The position numbers and the translations under genes are program-made. Positions 12,316 to 25,609 of a DNA stretch of 64,000 nt are shown piece by piece. Under the pieces are notes generated by a model. It made no database searches and was not told where the DNA came from. It was given only the letters and a program-made list of their open reading frames with translations. This DNA comes from Hypanus sabinus (lineage: Eukaryota). The stretch covers positions 7,254,001-7,318,000 of the forward strand of contig NC_082739.1 in NCBI RefSeq assembly GCF_030144855.1, read 5' to 3'. The first letter of the stretch is position 1, and the number at the start of each line of letters is the position of its first letter.

Positions 12316-13002
12316 GGGAACGTATGGGAGCAGAGAGGACTCAGCCTTACCACCAAGCTGAAGGTCTACCGAGCAGTGGTTCTCACCACCCTCCTCTATG
12401 CCAGCGAGACCTGGACTGTCTACAGCAGACACACTAAACAGCTCAACCACTTCCACTTGAGCTGCCTCCGCAGACTTCTCCACGTACGATGGCAGGACAG
12501 AGTTCCAGACACAGAGGTCCTGGAGTGCGCTAGCACCCACAGCGTCTACCCCCTCCTACAGAAAGCCCAAGCCAGATGGGCTGGCCATGTTGTCAGGATG
12601 TCTGACAGTCGACTACCAAAACAGCTGCTGTATGGAGAGCTGAGTCAGGGCAAGCGCTCAGTTGGAGGGCAGAAGAAATGTTACAAAGACTGCCTCAAAG
12701 ACCTCAACATCAATCCCAGTAGCTGGGAATCACTTGCTCTGGACTGCCCAACCTGGTGGAGCAGGACCACTAAAGGAGCGTATGCAGCAGAAATCAGCCG
12801 CACCGCAGAGGCTCAGAGGAAACGCACAAGGCTCGAGCTACCTCCACTTCCACTGCAGCACCTACCCTCATGTGTCCCACATGTGGGCGAGCTTTCAGGG
12901 CCCGGATTGGCCTCACCAGTCACCTCCGGACCCACAGTCTCAAACCCTCCACCTGACAGAAGTCGTGGTCGTCTTCGACTCCGAAGGACAAACAACAACA
13001 AC
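12316..13002 (+). mobile_element. 5'-truncated RTE (BovB-like) LINE
   Basis: ORF LLYASETWTVY...RWAGHVVRMSDSRLPKQLLYGEL; (AAC)n tail; perfect 14-bp TSD AAGCCACTGGGCCT (12302-12315 and 13003-13016). Confidence 0.92.
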
Positions 13003-13805
13003 AAGCCACTGGGCCTATGAAATGGGTTGTTAGTGATAAGGTCAATAAGAAAAGCACACCACTGTATAAACTAGGCGGCATCTGTGGGGCACACAAAATG
13101 CTGGAGAAACTCAATAGGTCAGACAGTATCTATGGAAAGGAATAGACAGTCAATGTTTTGGGCCAAAACCCCTCATCTGGATGGAACAGGAGCAGTTAAT
13201 ATTTCAGATGAAGAACCCTTCACCAGACCAGACAAAGAGAGTCATTATGGGTAGCAGCCAGAAATGTGGGTAAAAAGAAGGGGATTTCTCAGGTAGGTTG
13301 AACATGTTTGGCCAATGGATAAAATACCAGGGATGTACAATTTGTGGCTGATGAGGCTCTGGCATACAGAGACATGTTCAACAGACCAGACAATACACAA
13401 AGTGAAAAAGAAAGAAAGCAATCACTGTGGAACTAGTTCTTATTTAGATGGGGTGGGGGTAGTGGGGTGGGAAGAATGTTATCAAAAGTCAGAGCTCAAT
13501 ATCAAGTCCAGGATGTAAAGGAAAGGTGTTAAACTGGAAAGATGCAGAAAATAAACAAGGATTTTGCCAGGACTTGAGTTATAGGGGATGTTGGACTGCC
13601 CAGGACTTTATTCCTGGGAACATAAGGGATTGAGAGGTGACTAAAGTGTATAAAATTGTGTGGGGTATCAATAGGGTGAATGCACTCAGTTTTTCCCCCC
13701 CAGAGTTTGAGAATCAAGAACTAGAGGGCATAAATCGAAGGTAAGAGGGGATAGATTTAATAGGAAGTGGAAGGCCAACTTTTTTTTTCCACAGAGGGGA
13801 GATAT

Positions 13806-14663
13806 ACACTTAGTGGCCTCTTTATTAGGTACACCTGTACACCTGTTCATTAATGCAAATACCTAATCAGCAAACATGTGGTAGCGACTCATTGCATTAA
13901 AGCATGCAGACATGGCCAAGAGGTTCAGTTGTTCAAAGTTCAAAAATTCAAAGTAAATTTATTAAAAGTACAAATATGTCACAATATACAACATTAAGAT
14001 TCATGTCTTTGTGGACATACTCAACAAATCTATATAATAATAACCATAGCAGTATCAATGAAAGACCGTACCAACTCAGGTGTTAAACCAGTGTGCAAAA
14101 GACAACAAACTGTACAGATACAAAGGTTCCTGAACCTTCTACTTGATAGCAGCAGTGAGAAGGGAGCATGTCCTGGTGGTGGAGGTCTCTGATGATGGAT
14201 GCTGATTTTCTTCAACAATGTTTCATGTCAATGTGCTCAATAGTTTGGAGGGCTTTACCCATGATAGACTGGGCCATATCCACTACTTTTTGTTGGATTT
14301 TCCATTCAAGGGCATTGGTGTTTCTGTACAGGTTGTGATGCAGCCAGTCAATATACTCTCCACTACACATCTATAGAAATTTGTCAAAGTTATAGATGCC
14401 CTGCTGAATTGTTGCAAACTCCTAGGGAAGTAATGATGCTGCTGAGCTTTCTTCATAATTGCACTTACATGCTGGGTCTGGGACAGGTTCAGACCAAACA
14501 TCAGAATGGGGAAAAACTTTGATCTAAGTGACTTTAACTCTGGAATAATTGTTGGTGCAAGGCAGAGTGGTTAGAGTATCTGAGAAATTCACAATCTTCT
14601 GGGATTTTCAGGCACAACAGTCCCTAGAGTTTACAGAGAATAGTGCGAAAAATAAGAAAAAAA
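13806..14663 (+). mobile_element. Tc1/mariner left-end remnant split by a Rex/Babar-type LINE fragment (13935-14487, minus strand)
   Basis: TA + CACTTAGTGGCC terminus; the Tc1-like sequence resumes at 14487. The insert encodes KKAQQHHYF..TNFYRCVVESILTGCIT and has a TTTGAAC-type tail. Confidence 0.7.
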
Positions 14664-15104
14664 TCAGAGAATGGGAACTTGGGGAGAATAAAATGGGATT
14701 AGTGTAGGAGTGGTATAAGTGGTTGAGTGATAGATAGTCTATCTGGACATGTTTGTCCAGAGAATGCCCAATCACCTTAGCTTCTCCAGCAATCTGGATG
14801 TTCTGGAAAGGTTCTGTGCTGTATGTCTTTGCACTCTATCCAGGAATAAAGAGCAGTTTCTTGAATCGCCTGTTGTGAGCAGTCCGTGGATGGGGAAAGG
14901 TACATTCACACTGATGTTACTGAAATGGCAGATGGAGAAGATGCAAATTGATATGGGAAATAGAACGGTTTGGGCTGGAAACTTGGTAATGAGGAGCAGC
15001 CATTAAAGGGAACAGAGTTAGTCAACACAATACACATAGTCGGCTAAAGACGAGAATATGGGTAGTTATTCATTAACTGTTTAGTAAATAGGGGTATCAA
15101 AATG

Positions 15105-15385
15105 TTGACTGGTCATTTCCCTCCATAGATGCTGCCCAGCCTGCTGAGTTCCTCCAGCATTTTGTGCCAGTGTTGCTCAAGATTTCCAGCATCTGTAGAT
15201 TTTCTCTTGTTTAGTAGTCAATGCGTCCATGCTTTAGCATGTCATTAGACCGAACATCAAAAACATGATCAGAGACGTTTCGGACCGAGCCCCTTCATCA
15301 GACTTGGCCCGAAATGTCGACTGTTCATTTCCCTCTATGGATGCTGCTTGACCTGTTGAGTTCCTCCAGCATTTTTGTGTGCGTT
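15105..15385. mobile_element. Clustered Penelope-like terminal repeats in both orientations; hammerhead core on the minus strand at 15301-15274
   Basis: The minus strand reads CUGAUGA-A-GGGGCUCGGUCC-GAAA-CGUC. Helix I partner is lost at the inversion junction. Confidence 0.7.
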
Positions 15386-15943
15386 GATAAAAACATAAAT
15401 TGTGTACAGCACGGGTAAAGATGATGCAATGGGAACAAGTCAGAAATACAATATTTATCCGCTACTGCAATTATTTGCATGTCCACAAAGAATTCTGTTT
15501 AAGTTCGACAGGCGTCTGTAAAAGCGCAAGGAGGTTTTGATAGAATTAATAGGCGAAGGAGATGGAAGATGGAAACACTGTGGGTAGTGGTAGTGGTAGT
15601 GGCGGGTGGCGGGGTAGGGTAGCTGAGAGGATTCCAGGGAGCGAGGAGAGAAAGCAAATATGAAATAGGCTTCCCAGGCAAGAAGAACCAGCTATCTTCA
15701 GTGAGCTGGGAGGAGGGATTATAAACGAATATATAAAAATAAACTTTGAATGGAAAATAAGTTTGTGTATGTCTTATCTTTATAATGTATTAAACATGAT
15801 ACAGTAATAGTCCCTTCAGCCGCACCCTACATTTAACCCTTTCATTCTTCCCCTCCCGTGTAATTGTGCACATTCTGGCACATACCGATGCTGGTACAGT
15901 TTAAGTAGTTAATTTGTTAGTTTTTTTTCGCACACTCAAGAGC

Positions 15944-15959
15944 CCAAATATGGAGATAA
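15944..15959 (+). promoter_or_regulatory. CArG box (CCAAATATGG) with adjacent GATA site (AGATAA) upstream of SCN2B
   Basis: Exact CC(A/T)6GG at 15944-15953 and AGATAA at 15954-15959, about 340 bp upstream of the ATG. Motif match only. Confidence 0.35.
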
Positions 15960-16295
15960 AATACGTGGAGAGTTAAACAATAATAGTTCACGCTGGCAAT
16001 TTTCCCGTTAATTAAAGCGGACCCAGTTTACATGTGCTGCTTGCTACCCGGGTGATTTCAGCCCGCGACCTGCGGTACATTCGTTGCTTGGTAAATAGAA
16101 TCGTTCTTGCTTCTCGCCTCCAGCCCCCTCATCTCTTCCACAGCTCAGAATGAACCCCTTCCCATCCTTGCCGACACACATCCAGCCATATTGAACACGG
16201 ACAAAAACATCCTCTGCCGAGCAGCTCACACTTCCGCACCTCTCTTCACCGCTGCCTCCTTCATCTCCACTGTCTCCATCTTTGGGAAATCCACA

Positions 16296-16374
16296 ATGAA
16301 AGTCAAAACCAGACCCGTTCTACCCTTCCTCCATTTCGGCTTGGCCGGGCTTATGCTGCTGTCCAACGGTTTGG
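16296..16374 (+). CDS. SCN2B: SCN2B exon 1 (signal peptide MKVKTRPVLPFLHFGLAGLMLLSNGL)
   Basis: ATG in context ACAATGA; basic N-region followed by a hydrophobic core; donor G|GTAAGT at 16375. Phase 1 completes GTC (Val) with exon 2, giving ...L-V-RLGSG-MEV, parallel to human L-V-PPGRS-MEV. Confidence 0.8.
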
Positions 16375-17579
16375 GTAAGTTCGAACCATGTATTTTATAA
16401 GCTTTCTCGAAAAAAAACGATCTGGGAGGAAGAGAGGGGCGCGAGTAGGTGGGTGGTGGGAGTGTATAGAAAAGGGGATCTGAGAAGAAAAAAACAAGCA
16501 AACTAGATATTACCAAATTGCAATCTATCAGCAAAAGTAAAAATTAAAAACACTTTCTATCTGATGTTGGAATATCTAAAATTGCGAATAGCCCTGCTCC
16601 ATATAGCTTCGCAATATCTTAGTTAAATTGTTATATTTCTAATTCATTTCTTGCCATATTTACATATTTATTATTTTTAGATCATTGTATATGTAATATC
16701 TTTTTAGATTCTGTTATCTGAGAGACTGTTGATGTGAGAAATTAGATTACTTTGCGTACACCCAGAAACGGAAAGCTTGTGCTTGCTCCGGCTGATAGGA
16801 AAAAAATGTCTTCATCCTAGTCACCAGCCTTTCTCCAGGAAAGCTACCTAGTGCTGCAGTCAGCTGCAATAAAAAAAGCAAACGCACACTAACTCTTCTC
16901 CTTGAATCTTCCTTTGAGTGGCCGTGAATGACTGCATGCACTGACAGGGTCTCTACAGAAGGAATAAAAGATTAATTCCTGTACCATTGCTAAAATGTCT
17001 GCAGGAAAAAAAGCGCTGAAATGCCCAATTGATCTGCGAAGAGGGAAAAATGGTTAATTAAGTATAGCTTCTATCCTCGCCTCACTTTCTTTCTTTCCCG
17101 TGTTTCCATATTTGGGAAACTGGCCCTAAAACGAAATGCCTGTTTCTGTTTTCCAATGTAGACCCTTCTGTGGTCCATCCAGGAGAGAGGTAGTTATTGC
17201 GACAGAGCCATTTGTGGTAAATAATGTTATTGAGCAATCCAGTCTTCAAAGGCACCCTGAGTTCCTCCATTGCTTTGTGCTTGCTCCAGATTTCCAGCAT
17301 GTGCAGTATCTTGTATCTTCAAAGTCAGGGACAGTTTTCACAGGTCTACAGGGGAATTTACAATCATTACCCATCTGTGGCTTTCTTCAGTGTTTTTGGG
17401 TGTGGCAATTTAGTTGTGGGGTTGTTACATCAGGTCCTACCAAGACCTTTATGAAATGGGGAGAATTTAACATGCAGTGGAGTTGATGTACTGTGAATCT
17501 ATGGGCCAGTTGAAGATGTTCTATTTTTTACTGACTCATTGCATATAGTGAATTCTTCTGGACTGGGAGGGATAGACAG

Positions 17580-17960
17580 GATCTCTACAACCTCCATGGT
17601 CCCCTCCTCTTTCCTTTTCTCCCATGGTTGTTCCTCCTTCCCACTCTCCAGTCCTATCAGAATCCTTCCTTTTCAGGTATTTACCTCCTTCACCTACAAC
17701 TTTCCAACTTCTTACTTCATCCCCTCCCCCGCACCGACTCATCTTCCCCCTCAGTTGCTCTCATCTATCACCTGCCAGCTTGTACTCCTTCCCTCACTCA
17801 ATCTTCTTATTCTCACTTCTTTCCCTTTCCTTTCCAGTTTCGAACCAAAATGTCAATTGTTTATTCCTCTGCATAGGTGCTGCCCGGTCAGTTGAATTTC
17901 TCTAGCAGTTCATGTGTGTCCCTCATGATTTCCAGCATCTGCTGTCTGTGCCCTTGTGTG
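17580..17960 (+). mobile_element. Penelope-like 3' fragment with the hammerhead region deleted
   Basis: Pyrimidine-rich body and terminal block shared with 26990-27470. Confidence 0.65.
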
Positions 17961-18309
17961 TTCTCGTGTTTATGATTTGAAACTTCAAATCTGCCCTCCA
18001 CTGCAAGCACAGTTTTCATCATGCCTTTCGCAGCCTAAACCTGAAGCACTTACCCTAAACCTCTCCATCATCCTTCCTCTTTAACTAAGCTTTTGGTTAT
18101 TTGTCCTTGTATTTCTTTCCGTGGAATTGCGTCAAATATTTGACAAAGCCCCTGGGAATTAATGGAATATGTGCATCACTGGTAAAAATCTATCTGGCCT
18201 ATTAACAGGCAGCTTGTGACTAGGTTTGCCTGGCTATCCAATTAATCAATTAGATTTATAAATAACTTGATGAGGTAAAAACAAGTCACTGTAAATTGGT
18301 TCACTCTTT

Positions 18310-19445
18310 CGCACTGTTTCACGAGTGTGGAATGAGTTGCCAGTGGAAGTGATAGCTGTGCTTCAATTATAACATCCTATGTTCCAAAGGATAAGTTTGT
18401 AGATTAATTGGTTTCATAGGCATAACAGGTGGCGTGGCATTGGGCCGGAAGGGCCTGTTATTGTGCTGGATCTCTAAATAAATAAATAAACAAGCTGCCA
18501 GCGGAAGTGATGGATGCTGGTTCGATTTCAACATTTAAGAGAAATTTGGATATGTACATGGATGGGAGGGGTATGGAGGGATATCGTCCAGGTATGGGTA
18601 GATGAAACTAGGCAAAAGATCAGGTTGGCATGGACTAGATGGGCCAATGGACTTGTTTCTGTGCTGTAGTACTCTGTGACTCAATGTTAAACTAAAAATA
18701 TGAACATTTTGAAAAAAAAATCCAAGGAAGAAATACTATTTGTCCACATGAAACTGTCTCCAAAGTGGTTCAGGTCTGAGGTCCGAGATAATCTAATTTG
18801 AAGCTCAAAGTGCAGAACTCAGGGAATCATATGGCCTTGCAGCCTTTCTAGAGAGATAGTAACTCACAGATGAATATAAAAAATTCCACTTACTCTTTGG
18901 AGAAGAGCATGGAGATCTGTTCCAAGGTTCCTGGCCAATCTTCATCTCTTAACTAGCAGCAATAAAATAAAATTGTTTAGAGATTATACCCAGTTATTTA
19001 GTTAGTCTATGGTAGTTAATCTAATTTTGGAACTCGGCCTTTTCTCCTTGGAGTGACGGAGGGTGAGAGGTGACCTGATGGAGGTGTATAAGATGATGAG
19101 AGACATTGATCGTGTGGATAGTCAGAGGCTTTTTCCCAGGGCTGAAATGGCAAACATGAGAGGGCATAGTTTTAAGGTGCTTGGAAGTCGGTATAGAGGA
19201 GATATCAGGAGTAAGTTTTTTTACTCAGAGAGTGGTGTGTGTGTGGAATGGGCTGCCAGCGATGGTGGTGGAGGTGGATACGATAGGGTCTTTCAAGAGA
19301 CTCCTGGACAGGTATATGAAGCTCAGAAAAATAGAGGGCTATGGGTAACCCTTGGTCACTTCTCAGGTAAGGACATGTTCGGCTCAGCTTTGTGGGCCGA
19401 AGGACCTGTCTGGGCTGTAGGTTTTCTATGCTTCTATGTTTCCAA
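18310..19445 (+). mobile_element. Cluster of CR1 3' fragments (about 18310-18690 and 19040-19445)
   Basis: MRGDLMEVYKMM...FPRAEM...RGHSFKVLG motif; CTATG-type tails. Confidence 0.8.
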
Positions 19446-21166
19446 TTTACAATGCCTAGTTAACCTACCGAACCGTATGGAAAGCAGAGCACTCGGAGAA
19501 TACCCATGCTGTCACAGGGAGAATGTACAAACTCCTTACAGGCAACAGCAGGAATTGATTATGGGTCACTGGTACTGTAACACTTTGTGCTAACCACTAT
19601 GTTATAGTGCTGCCCTTTCCCAGCATTTGTAGTTTTTTTTTGCTTTCCATCTACTGGTTTGGGAGAGTATTTGCAATTGTAACTCCTATTTGACAGTAAG
19701 CTGTAAAAGGACCTTTCGACATCATAGAGATTTAATGATTAGCTTTATTTGTCACATTGAAACATACAATGAAATGTGTTGTTTTCAGGTGGGAGGCAGC
19801 CCACAAGGGTCGCCATACTTCTGCTACCAACCTAGCATGACCACAACTTATTAACCCTAACCCGTATCTTTGGAATGTGGAAGGAACACCTGCGGTCACA
19901 GGACAACGTACAAACTTCTTACTGACAGTGGTGGGAATTGAACCCTGAATGGTGATCGCTGTCGTGCTAACTGCTATGCTACACTGCCATGCCATCATTA
20001 TGAGCATACAAAGACACGAGAGACCGCACACACTGGAAATTTGGGTCAACACACATTTTCCTACATTGATGCTGCCTGACCCATTGAGTTCCTCCAGCAT
20101 TTTGTTTGTGTTGCTCACTATGAGAATGCCAGCTTCAACAGTAACTCAGACTCAAGAAGAAGACAAACATTGCCTTTTTGTGCAGCTACCCACACAGCAG
20201 AAATTCCAGTGAAGGGTCTTACTGAGAAATGTTGCAATGAAATTTTTCATTGACTGCAGTCAGCCCCAATAATTCAATAAATAAAAGGGAATTTGCACTC
20301 AGAATTGCTAAATCGTCTGCATGCTTTTTCCATATGCTGTCTGGATTATGAAAGTAGAATCTGATTATAATTATCATGGTAATTCAATAAAGATTTGTGA
20401 AAGCTTGATATAAATATTAGGCACTCAGCTATTAATCTAAACTCCTTCCATATAAATTAGTTCCAGTCACTCACTTGGCACTTAATGATATCTCTTTAAC
20501 TATTTCATTCCCAGAAATAATCTAACCAAGTGGTCTTTCTCTATCCCTCAATGATTCCAGCATGGAAATTAACTGATCTTTTGACTTCTCTGTCACTCAC
20601 AATATTTTTCCTCTGGGGACTAATCTATTCTATTGATGTCTCCATGACAGTCTTCCATTCCCTCCCAGAAATCATCAGATCTATTGATCTCTCTCCTTCA
20701 CCCTCAGTAACTTCTAAGCCATACTAATTAATCTATTGATACCTCTCTGACTTTCATTTACACACCAGACCTCCCTACGTCTCTCCTCCCCGGAAATACT
20801 CTAAATAGTACTTAAATAATAAATATAATCAATAATAAAACTATAGCAACAATCTTAAGCAGAAGCATAAAGGGCTAGGAGTTCTCTGCAGCATCAATAG
20901 AGAGCAAACTGGTTAAAGTTCTGTGGAAGAATACCTTCAATATATTCTGATCTTATCAGCTCTCTCTAACACTCATCATTTCCCTCCCAGAATTAAATTA
21001 CTGGTATCACTCCAAACCTCAATATTGTACCTCTTGTGGAACAATCTTTCCAATCAAGAGTGGGAATCCATTTCCTTACCCAGTTTTGATTTCTCACAGT
21101 CCATTCAACATACTCACCCTCTAAGGGAATGAACCTAGCCCAGGCTCATACACCCACATTTGGCTG

Positions 21167-21242
21167 TGTCATGGTCCGGTCCATGGAGTCAGCGTTCCAG
21201 TTCACGGTCCGGTCCGTGGACTCCACGGACAGGACCATGAAA
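21167..21242. mobile_element. 76-bp hairpin insertion with 5-bp TSD (collapsed LTR or MITE)
   Basis: 24-bp inverted arms with 3 mismatches, a third internal copy of the arm, TSD GGCTG at 21162-21166 and 21243-21247. Confidence 0.75.
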
Positions 21243-21423
21243 GGCTGTGCTTGTCAGGGACAACAAAAACTCCTGGGTGTGTCATTCTTTCATTCCAAAG
21301 CAACCATTTTTACTCATCAAACAACTCATTTACAAGGCGCCTTGGAGAATGGGTTTGATAGATTTGATAGGGAGGATGTAAAGTCTGACGTAGCAGTAAT
21401 TCAGTGCAGTAAGGGGAATTATA

Positions 21424-23735
21424 GTTAGAAACATAGAAACATAGAAAATAGGTGCAGGAGTAGGCCATTCGGCCCTTCAAGCTTGCACCGCCATTCAGTA
21501 TGATCATGGCTGATCATCCAACCTGCTTTCTCTCCATACCCCCTGATCCCTTTAGCCACAAGGGCCATATCTAACTTCCTTAACAGTTGTATGAGAGAGG
21601 AGTTGGCCAAAGTAAATTTGAAGGAGATGCTGGAAGGGATGACAGCAGAGCAACAATGGCATCAGTTTCTGGGAAAAATGAGGAAGGTGCAGGATAGATG
21701 TATTCCAAAAATTAAGAAATATTCTAATAGTAAAATAGTATAACTGTGGCTGACAAGGGAAGTCAAAGCTAATGTGAAAGCAAAAGAGAGGGCATACAAC
21801 AAAGCAAAAATTAGTGGAAAGATAGAGGATTGTGAAGTTTTAAAAACTTACAGAGGGCAACTAAAAGAATCATTAGGAGGGAAAAGATGAAAGGAAGCTA
21901 GCAACAATATCAAGGTGGGTAGAAAAGGCTTTTTTCAAGTATATAAAAAATAAAAGTGAGATGAGAGTGGATATAGGACTGCTTGAACATGAGGCTGGAG
22001 GAATAATAGCCGGGGACAAGGAGATGGCAGATGAACTAAATGAGTATTTTGCATCAGTCTTCACTGTGGAAGACACCAGCAGTGTGCCAGATGTTGAAGG
22101 ATGTGAGGGAAGAGAAGTGAGTGCAGTTACTATTACAAGGGAGAAGGTGCTCAAAAAGTTGAAATACCTAATGGTACATAAGTCACCCGGACTAGATGAA
22201 CTTGATCTAGGGTTCTGAAAGAGGTAGCGGTAGAGATTGTGGAGGCATTAGAAATGATCTTTCAAAATCATTGGACTCTGGCATGGCACCAGACAACTGG
22301 AAAATTGCAAATGTCACTCCACTCTTTAAGAAAGGAGGAAGGCAGCAGAAAGGAAAATATAGACCAGTTAACCTGACCTCAGTGGTTGGGAAGATGTTGG
22401 AGTTAATTTTTAAGGATGAGGTTATGGAGTACTTGGTGACACAGGGAAAGATGGGACAAAGTCAGTGTGGTTTCCATCAGGGAAAATCCTGCCTGACGAA
22501 CATGTTGGAATTCTTTGAGGAGATTCCAAGTAGGATAGATAAAGGGGATGCAGTAGATGTTGTATATTTGGACTTTCAGAAGGCCTCTGAAAAAGTTCCA
22601 CACATGAGGCTGCTTACCAAGTTAAGAGCCCTTAGTATTACAGGAAAGTTACTGGCATGGTTAGAGCATTGGCTGATAGTTAGGAAGCAGCGAGTGGGAA
22701 TAAAAGGATCCTTTTCTGCTTGGCTACCAGTGACTACTGGTGTTCTGCAGGGGTCAGTGTTGGGACCGTTTCTTTTTATGCTGCATATAAATCCTTTAGA
22801 TGATGGAATAGATGGCTTTGTTGCCAAGTTTACAGATGATTTGAAGATGGTGGAGGGGCTGGTAGTGCTGAGGGAACAGGTAGATTGCAGAAGGACTTAG
22901 ATTAGGAGAATGGGCAAGAAAGTGGCAAATGAAATACAATGTTGGAAAATGCATAGTCTTGCACTTTGGTAGCAGAAATAAATATGCAGAATATTTTGTA
23001 AACAAGGAGAAAATCCAAAAATCTGAGTTGCAAAGGGACTTGGAGTCCTTGTGCAGAACACCCTAAAGGTTAACTTGCAGGTTGAGTCAGTGGTGAGGAA
23101 GGCAAATGCAATGTTAGCATTCATTTCAAGAGGTCTAAAATGCAAGAGCAGGGATGTGATGATGAGGCTTTATAAGACACTGGTGAGGCCTTGCCTTGAG
23201 TATTATAAACATTTTTGGGCTCCTCATCTAAGAAAAGATGTGCTGACATTGGAGAAGGTTCAGAGGAGGTTCACAAGGATGATTCCGGGATTGAAAGGGT
23301 TATCTTACAAGGAACGTTTGATAGTTCTGGGTCTGTAATCACTAGAATTTAGAAGGATGAGGGGGTATCTCATTGAAACCTTTCAAATGTTGAAAGGCCT
23401 AGACAGGGTAATGTGGAAAGCATGTTTCCCATGGTGGGGGAGTCTAGGACAAGAGGGGTGTCCATTTAAAACAGAGATGCGGAGAGATTTCTTAAGCCAG
23501 AGGGTGGTGAATTTGTGCAATTTGTTACCACAGCCAGCTGTGGAGGCCAGGTTGTTGGTGCATTTAAGGCAGAGATTGATAGGTTCTTGACTGGACTATG
23601 GTATCAAAGGTAACGGGGAGAAAGCCAGAGAGTAGGGCAGAAGAGTGAAAAAAAGGATCAGCCACGATTGAATGGTGGAGCAGATTCAATGGGCCAAATG
23701 GCCTAATTCTGCTCCTATGTCTTATGGTCTTATGC
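21424..23735 (+). mobile_element. CR1 ORF2 3' 2.1 kb (21586-23735, +) joined to an inverted CR1 3' end (21424-21585, -)
   Basis: WKIANVTPLFKKG, YRPVNLTSVVGK, GVLQGSVLGP, FTDD, RPCLEYY motifs; CTTATGGTCTTATG tail. Confidence 0.93.
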
Positions 23736-25609
23736 ACTTATAATAGATGGTAACAACTCATTTACAAGGTACCTTGGGAATAATAGATGGCAAAGTTGAC
23801 TTCCATTCATCTCTTTACATTTATAAACTACCTTCATCATAGTAAAAAATACCCCAAACCTCTTTACAAGAATAAAATTGCATAAAGAACTGAATGCCTA
23901 CAGAAAGATGAAAACAACGGTTACAAGAGCAGTTAGAGGCTGAGTATGTTATGATGAGTGATACAAATCCTTACTCCTGGAGTCTTGCTATCTTTCATGA
24001 TGAGCAAGTCAAAATTGTGTGCGAATGCACTCCACTTCTTTGATGAAGTCCATTTCCAAACACATTCAAGAAACTTGATACAATCCAGAGGAAAATAGCC
24101 CACTTGCTTGCCAACCCATTCACCATTCTGAACTTCCACACCTCTGGGCAGTGTACGTGCTATCTAAATGTGCAATCTAATAACTTCAACTGCACTTCCC
24201 AAACATGTAACCTTTACAACAAGAGCAGCAGGTGCATGAGAATGGCATCATCTCCTAGTGGCCCACCACTAATTTGGAATTGTGTTGTTGACTCTGTACT
24301 AGCATTGTATCCATGTCTGTATTTCCTGCTTATCAGGCCTGTGGGATAATTGTCACTATACTACCACCAGTGGTTCAGGAAGTCAATTTATCCCCACACT
24401 CTCAAGGACAATTTGGAACGGTCTGTAAATGTTGGGGATGCAGTGGCACCCACCACCAATGGAAGGAACAATGGTATCAGTAAGTGGTCACCAAGTTGTT
24501 CACAGGTTGATTTTTAATCAATTCTTTAAGAGTGCAGAAAATGAAAGGGAAATAGACAGACTGACAGAGAATTTTCTGGAAATATTCTAGAGCAAAGCCA
24601 TGATAACCAAGGGTAGGGTCATCAATGCTTGAATTATTAAAATTACTGCAAAGGACAGAAGTGAAGGAATGTGAAGGATGTCTTCAAATCACCCTGGGGG
24701 ATTTCTTGACTAGCTCTGGCTCCATAATGGGGCCAGCCACTATCTAGCTGCAGCCCAGTTAGTCCACACTCAGTCACCACTATCTGAGAGGAGAAGCTAT
24801 TGACAGTGATATCAGTCTTGATGCAAGGTCTCAACTCGAAGTGTCAACAATTCCTTTCCTCACACTGTTGCTGCTCAAACTTTGAGTTCCTCTATCAGAT
24901 TATCTGGTGCTTTTATGTGGCACCATCTTACTAGAGTCTTCTCACCAGTACACAGTTCGAGTTCCACTCAATCTTCTGAATTCCAGACCTCTCTTACCTT
25001 CACCAATGGACGAATCAAAGAACTGTATACCATAGGTGAAAATGAGAGTGACTGTCCTTGATATCAACTGTGGCATCAAGGACCCTTGATAAAACTGGCC
25101 AGTAGGAACCAAAGGAATAATGACTGATGGTTGGAATTGCACTTTTCCTGAATAGAAAATGTGGTTAATAATTCTAGCCCCAAGAATACTTCAGCAAGAC
25201 TTTCTCATGCCCTACACCCAACTAGTATCTGCTGCTTCTGAAAATAATCTTCTTCATTACTGGCCTTCTTATCATAAATTCGGCAGTGGGGATATTCCCT
25301 GATAAATGCATAATGTTCAGTTTCATTCACAATCAGTCAGCAAAAGAGCATAATATTGAATGTGGGAAGAAAGGCTATCACAGACAAGAGAGATTCAGAT
25401 TCACATTTATTTATCACATGTACATCGAAACATACAGTGAAATGCATTGTTTACATCAATGACCATCCACAGTTCACAGCCATTCCAAACACTGAATTCA
25501 TCAACATCCTGGCATCCAACTTCACCAGCCACATAAATATGGTACATATAAGAGTAGGTCAAAGCACTGGTAATCCATGGTGAGTCATTCTCTTCCTGAC
25601 TCCCTAAAG

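Noticed and set aside
15580-15620. Potential G-quadruplex upstream of SCN2B
   Set aside because: The fourth G3 tract needs a loop of about 18 nt; low specificity.
16178-16200. RE1/NRSE site in the SCN2B leader (CACGGACA)
   Set aside because: Only about 9 of 21 consensus positions match; the left half is absent.
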